From an uncultured Acidobacteriota bacterium (GTDB lineage Bacteria; Acidobacteriota; Vicinamibacteria; Vicinamibacterales; UBA2999): 64,000 nt of DNA. Under the pieces are notes generated by a model. That model saw only the letters and a program-made list of their open reading frames with translations. It searched no databases and had not been told where the DNA came from. Positions 55,239-64,000 of the stretch are shown here, piece after piece (within the stretch, counting starts at the first letter, position 1; every line of letters starts with the position of its first letter). The translations under genes were made by a program, and so were the position numbers. The stretch is from assembly GCA_963834325.1 (NCBI GenBank), contig CAWIBL010000012.1, forward strand, positions 1,022,248-1,086,247. Reading direction: 5' to 3'.

Positions 55239-56261
55239 ATGCAGGGCGCACAGCAGTGGTATATGGCCATCGGCGGCCATCAGGTCGGTCCGGTCAGCCA
55301 GGACGAGATTCTGGCGAATCTGCGCAACGGCAGCATCGACCAGGGCACGCTGGTGTTCACGTCGGGCATGAGCAACTGGCAGCCGCTCCGCGACGTGCCG
55401 GCCTTTGCCGGCTTTGCGGCCATGCCGGCGGCCGGCGGGCTCGTGCCGCCGCCGCCGACGGCGGCCGGACGGCGCGCCCACGACATCGACTTCACGATTC
55501 ACGGCAACGAGATGCAGTTCGTCGAGGTCGAGCTCGATGCCGGCGAGGCGGCCGTGGCCGAAGCCGGTTCGATGATGTACATGACCGACGGCATCGAGCT
55601 CGAGACCATCTTCGGCGACGGCAGCCGGCAGCAGTCGGCCGGCGTCCTCGACGCGCTGCTCGGCGCCGGCAAGCGCTTGCTCACCGGTGAGAGCCTGTTC
55701 ATGACCGTGTTCACGAACGCCGGTCAGGGCAAGCACCGGGTGGCGTTCGCCGCGCCCTACGCCGGCAAGATCCTGCCCATGGACCTGCGCGCCCTCGGCG
55801 GCCAGCTGGTGTGCCAGAAGGACTCGTTCCTGTGCGCGGCGCGGGGGGTCTCGGTGGGCATCGCCTTCCAGCGCAAGATCGGCGCCGGCCTGTTCGGCGG
55901 CGAGGGCTTCATCATGCAGAAGCTCGAGGGCGACGGCCTGTGCTTCGTGCACGGCGGCGGCTCCATCCACGCCCTGGAACTGGCGCCGGGCGAGACGCTG
56001 CGCGTCGACACCGGCTGCCTCGTGGCGTTGCAGCCGAGCGTGTCCTACGACATCCAGTTCGTCGGCAAGATCAAGACCGCGCTCTTCGGCGGCGAGGGCC
56101 TGTTCTTCGCCACGCTGCGCGGCCCCGGCAAGGTGTGGCTGCAATCGCTGCCGCTCAGCCGTCTGGCCGATCGCATCTACAAGGCGGCGCCGCAGACCGG
56201 GCGGCGCAGCGAGGAAGGGTCGGTGCTCGGCGGCATCGGCGATTTGCTCGACGGCCGCTAG
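55239..56261 (+). CDS. TIGR00266/AIM24 family protein with an N-terminal GYF_2 domain
   Basis: WYMAIGG.QVGP...TLVF.SGM.NW (GYF_2); MQFVEVELD, TGESLFMT, GLFGGEGFIMQKL, GPGKVWLQSLP. Confidence 0.9.
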   Translation: MQGAQQWYMAIGGHQVGPVSQDEILANLRNGSIDQGTLVFTSGMSNWQPLRDVPAFAGFAAMPAAGGLVPPPPTAAGRRAHDIDFTIHGNEMQFVEVELDAGEAAVAEAGSMMYMTDGIELETIFGDGSRQQSAGVLDALLGAGKRLLTGESLFMTVFTNAGQGKHRVAFAAPYAGKILPMDLRALGGQLVCQKDSFLCAARGVSVGIAFQRKIGAGLFGGEGFIMQKLEGDGLCFVHGGGSIHALELAPGETLRVDTGCLVALQPSVSYDIQFVGKIKTALFGGEGLFFATLRGPGKVWLQSLPLSRLADRIYKAAPQTGRRSEEGSVLGGIGDLLDGR

Positions 56262-56325
56262 CCCCCGGGATCCGCGGCCCCTGGGACCTAGCCCCCGGGG
56301 GCCCGTCCCCAGTAAGATTCCCGCC

Positions 56326-57315
56326 ATGTCCTCTCGCCACTCCTGGGTCCTCGTGGCCGCGCTCGTGGGCCTCGTGGCCGCGCCGCTGGCCGCGCAGCCG
56401 CGCACCGCCTTCCCCGAGCAACGCGGCTTCAAGCGCACCGACTTCCCGCGGCTCGTGACGCTGGCCGAGAACGTCTACGGCTACGAGGAGATCCGGGAGC
56501 CCGGATTCACCACGGTAAGCCTGATCGTGGTCGGCGCCGACGGCGTGCTGCTGGCCGACGGGCAGGGCAGTCCCGCCGCCACGCAGACGCTGCTCGACAA
56601 GATCAAGACGATCACGCCCAAGCCGCTGAAGTGGTACGTGGTCGGCTCGGAGCACGGCGACCACACCGCCGGCAACAGCGTGCTGCCGCGCGACGTCACC
56701 TACATCGTCCATCCCACCTCGCGGGCGCAGCTCGAACGCGACGCCGCGACGGTGATGGGCCAGAACCTGAAGGCCGCCGCCGAGGCCATGACCAAGGGCG
56801 GCCCGCCGCCCACGCCGCGCCCGCCGGTCATCGTGCCGCCGGCGGCGATGAGCGGCGATCGCCAGACGGTGGACCTTGGCGGCCTCGAGGTGCAGGTGCT
56901 GTTCCTGGGCCGCGCCCACACCGGCGGCGATCTGCACGTCTACCTGCCCAAGCAGCGCCTGCTCTTCATGAGCGAGGCGTTCCTCAATCGCGTTTTCCCG
57001 GCCATGCGCTCGGCCTATCCGACCGAGTGGGTCAAGACCATCGACCGCGCCCTGGCCATGGACGTGGACCGCTTCGTGCCCGGGCACGGCTTCATCGAGG
57101 GGCCGCCGGCGTCGCGGGAGGAACTCCAAGCGTTCCAGCGCGCGCTCAGCTATGTGATCGAGGAGACGCGGCGTCTGCACCGGCTGAACCTCTCCCCGGA
57201 CGACGCGCTCGCCCAGGCCAAGTGGGGCGAGTACGCGCAGTGGATGCTGGCCGACCAGCAGGGCATCGTCGCCATCCGCAAGATCTACGAAGAACTCGAG
57301 GGGAAGCTCAAGTGA
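56326..57315 (+). CDS. MBL-fold metallo-hydrolase, secreted
   Basis: Signal peptide; SEHGDH..GN, GRAHTGGD, VPGHG. Confidence 0.85.
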   Translation: MSSRHSWVLVAALVGLVAAPLAAQPRTAFPEQRGFKRTDFPRLVTLAENVYGYEEIREPGFTTVSLIVVGADGVLLADGQGSPAATQTLLDKIKTITPKPLKWYVVGSEHGDHTAGNSVLPRDVTYIVHPTSRAQLERDAATVMGQNLKAAAEAMTKGGPPPTPRPPVIVPPAAMSGDRQTVDLGGLEVQVLFLGRAHTGGDLHVYLPKQRLLFMSEAFLNRVFPAMRSAYPTEWVKTIDRALAMDVDRFVPGHGFIEGPPASREELQAFQRALSYVIEETRRLHRLNLSPDDALAQAKWGEYAQWMLADQQGIVAIRKIYEELEGKLK

Positions 57316-57737
57316 CCAACCAGTCCGCGGCGAATCACGCCCACCATCCGGTGCCCACCTATGCCGCCACCGTGCTGTGGCTGGCCGCCTTGGTCATGCT
57401 CGTCGGGGCCACCTGGTTCGGCTGGGACACCCAGGCGCTCGGCGTGCTCGCGCTGGCCCTGGCGGTGCTCCCGCTCGTCGGCATCAGCCGCTGGTACATC
57501 GTGGCGCTGCAGGACCGCATCATCCAGCTCGAGATGCAGGTGCGGTGCGCGCGCGTGCTGCCGGCCGGCCAGGACGAGCAGTTGGCGCAGCTCTCGCCCA
57601 AGCAGGTCGTGGCGCTGCGCTTTGCCTCGGACGCCGAACTGGGCGAGCTGCTGAGCCGGGCCGTGCGCGAGCAGATGACGCCCGGCGCCATCAAGAAGGC
57701 CGTGCGCCAATGGCGGCCCGACTACCTGCGCACCTAG
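57312..57737 (+). CDS. DUF6526-like membrane protein
   Basis: NQS.ANH; two TM helices; LQDRII.LE; VALRFASD.EL; IKKAV..W.PD.LR; GTGA overlap. Confidence 0.75.
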   Translation: MTNQSAANHAHHPVPTYAATVLWLAALVMLVGATWFGWDTQALGVLALALAVLPLVGISRWYIVALQDRIIQLEMQVRCARVLPAGQDEQLAQLSPKQVVALRFASDAELGELLSRAVREQMTPGAIKKAVRQWRPDYLRT

Positions 57738-57750
57738 CGGCACGCGACCG

Positions 57751-58293
57751 ATGGCCCGCGATGCTCCCGTCTCGCTCGCCGGCCTCGACGCCGCGCAACA
57801 ACGTGTGGTCGACGAGGTGCGCGCCGGTCGGCGCGGGGCGGTGCCGGCCAACGTCGTGGCCTGGCTGCCGAGCCCGGAACTGGCGCGCCGGGCCGCGGCG
57901 CTGGGCGAGTTCGTGCGCTACGAGACATCGCTCGGCCCGCGCCGCTCGGAGCTGGCCATTCTGGCCGTGGCCCGCCACTGGTCGTGCCACTACGAGTGGG
58001 CGGTGCATGCCGGCGAGGCGGCCGCGGCGGGTGTGCCGGCAGCGGTGATTGAAGCCATCGGCCGCGGGGCCACGCCGGACCTGACCGGGCCGGACGGCGC
58101 GGTCTACGCCTTTGCCCGCGAACTGGTGACGACCGGGCGCGTGTGCGATGCCACCTACGCCCGCGTGGCCGAGGCGCTGGGCCCGACCGCGGTCGTCGAT
58201 CTCATCGGCGTCGTCGGCTACTACACGCTGGTCGCCTTCACCCTCAACGCGCGCGAGGTGCCGGCGCCGCCGGGCGCCCCGGAGCTCGGCTAA
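57751..58293 (+). CDS. Carboxymuconolactone decarboxylase / AhpD-like protein
   Basis: WL.SPELA, SELAILAVARHW...YEWAVH, DLIGVVGYY. Confidence 0.85.
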   Translation: MARDAPVSLAGLDAAQQRVVDEVRAGRRGAVPANVVAWLPSPELARRAAALGEFVRYETSLGPRRSELAILAVARHWSCHYEWAVHAGEAAAAGVPAAVIEAIGRGATPDLTGPDGAVYAFARELVTTGRVCDATYARVAEALGPTAVVDLIGVVGYYTLVAFTLNAREVPAPPGAPELG

Positions 58294-58294
58294 G

Positions 58295-58528
58295 TTACCA
58301 GAGCGCCGCCTTCATCCGCGCCAGGGCCAGTTCGACCTGTCCCAGGTCGGTGAGGACGCGCTCGGCCTCGGCAATCGTCTGCGCCAGCGCCTCGATGGGC
58401 GGCATCGCCCCGCGTTTCACTTCCCACGCCAGGTCCCGCGTCGTCTCGGCGCACGCCCGGCACACGGCCACGGTCTGTTCGTGCGCATCGATGATGCGCG
58501 TGACCTCCGCCCGCTCCTCGTCAGTCAT
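58295..58528 (-). CDS. Small hypothetical helical protein (CxxC)
   Basis: MTDEERAEV...VCRAC...; TACAAT 8 nt upstream of the ATG. Confidence 0.6.
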   Translation of the reverse strand: MTDEERAEVTRIIDAHEQTVAVCRACAETTRDLAWEVKRGAMPPIEALAQTIAEAERVLTDLGQVELALARMKAALW

Positions 58529-58538
58529 CCCCGTCAAT

Positions 58539-58616
58539 TGTAACGGGGCCTGTCACCGTTACATCTCGAGGGGGGTCGGCACGACGATTGACACCCTTGG
58601 CAAGTTTCTCCATGCT
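58539..58616. promoter_or_regulatory. Inverted-repeat operator plus sigma70 promoter of ggt
   Basis: TGTAACGG-N9-CCGTTACA (58539-58563); TTGACA (58588), N17, CATGCT (58611). Confidence 0.6.
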
Positions 58617-58668
58617 GACGTCACTTTCGGGCCTGGATGTCCGGCCCGGTCCCCGACGAGGTGGTGGC

Positions 58669-60440
58669 ATGACACGTCGACTGCTCGCGACGCTCGCACT
58701 GGCGGCCCTGATCACGCAGGTCCCGCGCGCCCAGACGGTCAGCTGGCGGCCCACGGTGATGGGCACGCAGGGCATGGTGGCGGCCGGGCATCCGCTGGCC
58801 GCCGAAGTGGGGATGCGCGTGCTCAAGGCCGGCGGCAACGCCGTCGATGCCGCGGTGGCGGCGTGGGCCATCCAGGGACAGGTCGAGCCGGGCATGACCG
58901 GCCTCGGCTCCGACATGTTCGCCCTGATCTACCTGGCCAAGACCCAGGAAGTGAAGTTCATCAACGGCACCGGCTTTGCGCCCCAGGCCGCCACCATCGA
59001 CTACTACAACCGCCACGGCGGCATGCCCGCCGACGGCGGCCTGTCGATTGCCGTGCCCGGCGCGGTCAGCGGCGCGGCGCTGGCGCTGCAGAAGTACGGC
59101 ACCAGGTCGCTCGCCGAGGTGCTCGCCCCGGCCATCGAGGTGGCCGAGAACGGCTTTCCGATCTCCGAGGGGCTGGCCCGCGGCCTCGACGGCGGCAAGG
59201 ACAAGCTCGGCAAGTTTCCGTCCTCCACGAAACATCTGGTTCCGCGACGGCGCGCCGCTGCAGATGGGCGATGTGGTGAAGAATCCGGACCTGGCCAGGA
59301 CCCTGCGCGCCATCGCCACGCAGGGCCCGGCCGGCTTCTACACCGGTCCGGTGGCCACGGCGCTCGTGGCCGGCATGACCGCTCACGGCGGCATCATCAC
59401 CGAGGCCGACATGGCCGCCATGCAGGCCTTCGAGGACGCGCCGATCTACGGTCAACTACAAGGGCTACGACGTCTACGAGTGTCCGCCCAACTCGCAGGG
59501 CTTCACCATGCTCTACGCGCTGAACCTGCTCGAGGGTTTCGACCTGCGGGCCCTGGGACACAACAGCGCCGCCTACCTGCACGTGGTTACCGAGTCGCTC
59601 AAGCTCGCCTTCGCCGATCGCAATCAGTACGTGGCCGATCCGAAGTTCACGCCCGACATCCCGATGCGCGAGATGCTCTCGAAGGACTACGCCGCCAAGC
59701 GCCGGGCCCTGATCGATCCGGCTCGGGCCATCGTCGGCGAGGCGCCCTACGGCGATCCACGCCGCGGCTCGGCCACGTCGGGCGGTCGTCCGGTGGCCTA
59801 CGCCGGCCCGCAAGCCGTGCCTGATCGGGCCAATCCCTACGATCCCGACAAAGTGATCAACCTGACCACCTACCTGACGGTGGTCGACAAGGACCACAAC
59901 ATGGTGTCGCTCACCTCGAGCCTGCTCAGCGGCTTCGGCAGCGGGCTGGTGCCCGACGGCACCGGCGTGATGATGAACGACCGCATGAAGTACTTCTACC
60001 TGGATCCCAACGACGTCAATTCGCTGCAGCCCATGAAGCGCGTGCGGCAGACCATCAACCCGGCGCTGGCCCTCAAGGACGGGCGCCCGGTCGTGAGCTT
60101 CGGCACGCCCGGCGCCGACACGCAGCCGCAGACGCAACTGCAGTTCTTCCTGAATTTCATCGAGTTCGGGATGACGGTGCAGCAGGCGCTCGAGCAGCCC
60201 ACGGTCATCAGCAACAGCTTCCGCGACTCCTACCATCCGCACGCGGTGCTGGGTATGCTGCTCACCCCGCTGATGCTGCCGGCCCAGGTGAAGGACGGGC
60301 TGGCCGCCCTCGGCCACAAGCTCGATCTGCGCGACGTCCGCGGCGTCGGCTCGGTGAAGGCCATCGCCATTCACCCGAAGACCGGCGTGCTGATGGGCGG
60401 CGTGAGCCCGACGGGCGACAGTTACGTGATGGGGTGGTGA
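58669..60440 (+). CDS. ggt: Gamma-glutamyltransferase family Ntn-hydrolase (two +1 frameshifts, about 59234 and 59451)
   Basis: GMVAAGHPLA, GGNAVDAAVA, AVPG, PPNSQG, KLAFADR, nucleophile TTYLTVVD, FGTPGAD. Confidence 0.88.
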
Positions 60441-60518
60441 CGGGGTAGGCGGCGGGGCGGGTGGCTGTGCGGGCGGCTGGCTAGGCGGCGGGGCAGGCGG
60501 CGCGAGGCCGAGGCGCTG

Positions 60519-60557
60519 AAAAAACAGGCCCGGTGGGGCGATCCCACCGGGCCTGTT
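60519..60557 (-). terminator. Intrinsic terminator of the TonB receptor (possibly bidirectional)
   Basis: AACAGGCCCGGTGGG-gcgat-CCCACCGGGCCTGTT; A6 on the plus strand gives a U-tract on the minus strand. Confidence 0.75.
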
Positions 60558-60613
60558 GTCGTTATCGGCCGAAGCGTTGACCCCAGCCGCGAGCGGCTGG
60601 GCGGCGATGGCCC

Positions 60614-63527
60614 CTACCAGTCGAACTTCATGCCGAAGCGGGCGATGGTCGGCGGCACGATCGAGCTCGGCAGCTGGAACGCCGAGCCGCTGTTCCAGGT
60701 GATGTTCTGCTCGGCCTTCGAGTTGGTCAGGTTGTAGACGTCGAAGAAGAGGCCGACCCGGCGCACCGCCCCGAGGTTGAAGAACTTCTCGGTGCGCACG
60801 TCGAAGATCAGGATGTCGTCCTGCTTGCGCGAGCCGAACCGTTCCGTGAGGATGCGCTGCGTGCCGTAGTTGATTCCGCCCGTGCCGCCGATGCCGAAGG
60901 CATTCGACGCCAGGATGGTGCGCCCGTAGGGCTGCCCCGACTGGAAGCGCAGGGCCGGGCGTGATGCGGATCTGGAAGGGCGCCTCGTAGCTGCCGTTGA
61001 CCTTGGCCGTCCACATGCTGAAGTCGTAGCGGCCGTCATTGGTGTTGATGAAGTCGGACGGCGTGGAGGGCGTGGGCACGCCCGTGGGGCGCAGGTTCTG
61101 CCCGAAGTAGCTGACCGAGTGGTCCTTGTTCCACCGCTTCGAGAACGCCGCCGCCAGCGACCAGCGCCCGGTCTGACGTTTGTTGGCGCTGACTTCGAGC
61201 GTCTGGTACTCGCCGGCGCCGTCGAGGTTGGTCAGCGTGTTCACGACCGGCAGCGCGAGATTGGCCGGGTTCAGATTGAAGGTGCTGATGTTCGGACCGT
61301 CGTCGCCGTTGGCGAAGATGCCGTCGGGTCCCGGGTCGCGGATCACCACCGGGACGTTGTAGGCACTGAGCGGGCGGTTGGCGTTGATGCGCACGCGGAA
61401 GTCGTCGATCTTGCGATAAACGTAGCCGGCCTGGAGCCCGATGCCGGGCACCAGCTCGTGTTCCACCCAGGCCGAGATCTCGTTCGTCTTGGTGTTCTTC
61501 AGGTTCGGGTCGAGGATGGCGCTGCCGACGCCGCCGAGCGAGGCGATGAGCGTGCCCTCTTCGCCGCGGTCGAAGAGCCCGTTGCGGTTGGGATCGGTCC
61601 AGGCATAGCGGCGGTAGTAGTCCTGGCTGTTGGGGTTGACGTTGTTCGAGATGTCGGTGCCCGGGTTCCAGAAGTACTGCGCGTAGTTGGCCTTGACCAC
61701 CGTGCGCCCCTCGCCGGTGACGTCGAAGATCAGGCCGATGCGGGGCACGGGGTGGTTGAAGGTCTTGATGTCGCCCACTTCGGCGTAGTTGGTTGCAGTG
61801 ACCGGCGCGAACGGACCGCCGCTCGGGCCTTCCTGCTCGGGCAGGAAGCTGCGGTACTGGTCGAAGCGGAGGCCGACGTTGATGGTGAGGCGCTGGTTCA
61901 TGCGCCACGTGTCCTGGAGGTAGAGGCCCAGCGTGCGCAGCCCCTGCTCCGACCGCGACGGCGTCTGGAACAGATAGACCTCGGCGGGTGCGCCGTTGTT
62001 GAGAACGTGCAGGATGTCGCCCGGGATGACGCCGTTCACGCCCTGGCCACGCTCATAGGTGAAGGTCTCGCGGAACCACTCGCCGCCGACCTTGAAGTTG
62101 TGGCTGCCCATCCAGCCGTCCTGGAAGTAGGTGGCCGAGCCGGCGACCTGGTTGCGCGACGGGATGTTGAACCAGCCGTCGCGGTTGCCGCCCCTGACCA
62201 GCTGATTGCCGATGTCCTGGAAGGACGGCGCCTCGCTGTAGCGGAAGTTCGGCCAGATGTACTTGAACTGGCCGCCGCGGACTTCGAGGAACATCTTGTC
62301 GTTGACGACCGATTCATACCCGAGCTTGTAGGTGTGGGCCCAGTATTCCTGTTTCCACGTCGAGGCCTCGGACTCGTGGCGCGCGGTGGTGGCGCCGATG
62401 AGGAAGGTGTCCATGCGATTGGGCTGCGACTTCTGGCCCCACATGGCGTAGGCGCTCAGCTTGTTGTTCTGCGAGAGCGCGTAGGTGGTCTTGGCCGAGA
62501 TGTTCTTCAGCCCGGTCTCGAAGGCCTTCACCGGGAAGTTCGGGACCTGCACCTTGATGTTCTGCTGACGCAGCGAGGTGTACCACCAGAGCCTGTCCTT
62601 CAGGCCGGGGATGTAGCCGCCGACGTCGCCGTTGAGGTCGTAATACGACTTCATGCGGTTCAGATCGGACGGGCTCAGGCTGCCGCAGTTGCGCACGCCG
62701 CCGATGCTCGGGCACAGGAAGGTGGAGGTGTCGGGGATGTTCTCGCGCTGCACCGATTCGTTCTGGTAGTCGCCGTAGAGCTTGCCGTGGAACTCGTTGC
62801 CGCCCGACTTGGCGACGAAGTTCGACCACACGCCAGGCCACGGCATCTCGGCCGTGTGGCCCTTGGTCTGCACCGCGACTTCGTCGATCGAGCCGTAGTC
62901 GTAGTAGAAGCCGGCGGCGTTGGTGCCCTCGGTGTTGACGATGCCCTCGACCATCGGCCGGTGCTGGTCTTCCTTGGTGTCGTAGACGGCATAGCCGGTC
63001 TGCGTGCCGGCGGCGCTGCCGCCGACGTCGATGCGGGTGACGACGACGGCCGGTGCGGCCATCAGCACGGTCCAGAAGTCGCGTGCGTTGGGCAGCGCCG
63101 CCAGCCGTTCCTCACCGAAGTTGGAGGCGGTCGTGGTCGTCGAGACGTCGACGACCGGAGAGCTGCCGCTCACCGTCACCGTTTCCTGCAGGCTGGCCAC
63201 CCCGAGTTCGATGTTCACCGTGGCGGTGAAGCCGAGCCCGACGTTGACCGCTTCGCGATTGACGGTGCCGAAACCGCCCAACTCGTAAACGAGCTTGTAT
63301 GTTCCTGGGGGGACTGCCGGAAAGCGATACTCACCGGCCGCGTTCGTGACGTCCGTGCGGATTCCCTGCATGCTCGGACTCGACGCGGTCACGGTGACAC
63401 CCGGCAACGTGCCGCCGGTGTTGTCTGTCACCCTGCCGTTGATCGATCCGGTCGTGGCGGAGACCTGCGCGAATGCCGTGGACGCGGCCAGGAGAAAGCT
63501 GAGGACAAGTGCGCAGACGCGTACCAT
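60614..63527 (-). CDS. TonB-dependent receptor, Oar-like, with an N-terminal carboxypeptidase-regulatory domain (+1 frameshift at about 60957)
   Basis: Signal peptide; GSINGRVTD..G.LPGVTVT; ETVTV; YLQDTW; TINVGLRFDQ; FFDVYNLTN; C-terminal RFGMKFDW. Confidence 0.9.
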
Positions 63528-63599
63528 TCGTGCTCCTCCATACTCTGAAGCCCTGCGCCATTCGGCGGAACACCCGAAGAGTGGCCAGGGATGGCGCGT

Positions 63600-63628
63600 A
63601 TTCTAGGCATGTCACCGGATGTACACAA
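63600..63628 (-). promoter_or_regulatory. sigma70-like promoter of the TonB receptor
   Basis: Minus strand TTGTGT-N17-TAGAAT; GGAGG RBS before the ATG. Confidence 0.55.
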
Positions 63629-63820
63629 GCGAGTTCCACGGCTGACCACCATCCCCGGTGTTTTATCTTCGCCGTCACGTCGGTCACCAACGACGACTCG
63701 ATGGTCATGCGGCAGATGCTGTCCACAATTTTGGATTAAGTGCGCTGCGTCAGTGCTACCCGCGCGGTCGTCGCCGTCTCCCACAGGCCACATAGAATAG
63801 GGCTCATCATGGGAGGAACG

Positions 63821-64000
63821 ATGCGTAAGCCAGTGGTGCTCATCACGGGCGCCGGCGGGGAGATCGGCCACGGTCTCATCGCCAAGATCACCGAGTCGGG
63901 CCGCCAGTCGGTCGTCACCCTCGACCTCAACCCCCTCGAGCCGGCCCTCGGTCGCCTGGTACAGCGCGAGTTCACCGGCTCGATTCTGGATACGCCGCTC
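63821..64000 (+). CDS. NAD-dependent epimerase/SDR, 5' part (possibly L-threonine dehydrogenase-like)
   Basis: GGAGG RBS; MRKPVVLITGAGGEIGHGLI; truncated by the window end. Confidence 0.75.
   Translation, partial: MRKPVVLITGAGGEIGHGLIAKITESGRQSVVTLDLNPLEPALGRLVQREFTGSILDTPL

Noticed and set aside
59397-60956. 1376-aa TonB receptor with a Pro-rich C-terminal tail
   Set aside because: Artefact of a +1 indel near 60957. The true barrel end (RFGMKFDW) stops at 60614 and is followed by a terminator.
63610-63625. TGTCA-CCGGAT-GTACA in the TonB receptor promoter as a fourth copy of the gdhA/mreB operator
   Set aside because: The right half-site does not match YGACA, and a single degenerate hit is not enough without a genome-wide scan.

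Overview
Very GC-rich chromosomal window with about 52 genes. The orphan duplicated ABC permease, paired PQQ dehydrogenases and Oar-type TonB receptor suggest Acidobacteriota, probably Vicinamibacteria (inference). I found no rRNA, tRNA, CRISPR array, transposase, integrase or prophage. Contents in order: two tandem PQQ-dependent dehydrogenases with a near-identical central block and duplicated promoters; peptide and amino-acid catabolism (nitrilase-family, DUF885, S9 peptidase, glutamate dehydrogenase); an orphan mreB paralog behind three phased TGTCR-N6-YGACA-like operators; an operon encoding MoxR AAA+, DUF58, BatA, DUF4175-like and GATase-like proteins, followed by TldE, a Tat-signal TldD and a convergent Tat-signal DUF4159 protein (the best candidate for an uncharacterised system); then rsgA, an iodotyrosine-deiodinase-like nitroreductase, a double cyclophilin, dinB, a Gfo/Idh/MocA-glycosyltransferase-GMC sugar module, otsB, dut, an M16 protease, ettA, a degenerate amidohydrolase, UbiD, apaG, an ABC exporter, DUF533 + AIM24, an MBL-fold protein, ggt and a TonB-dependent receptor. 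Ten or eleven reading-frame breaks are all +1 single-base insertions. They are best read as long-read sequencing error, not pseudogenes. Family assignments come from motif recognition only; no database search was run.
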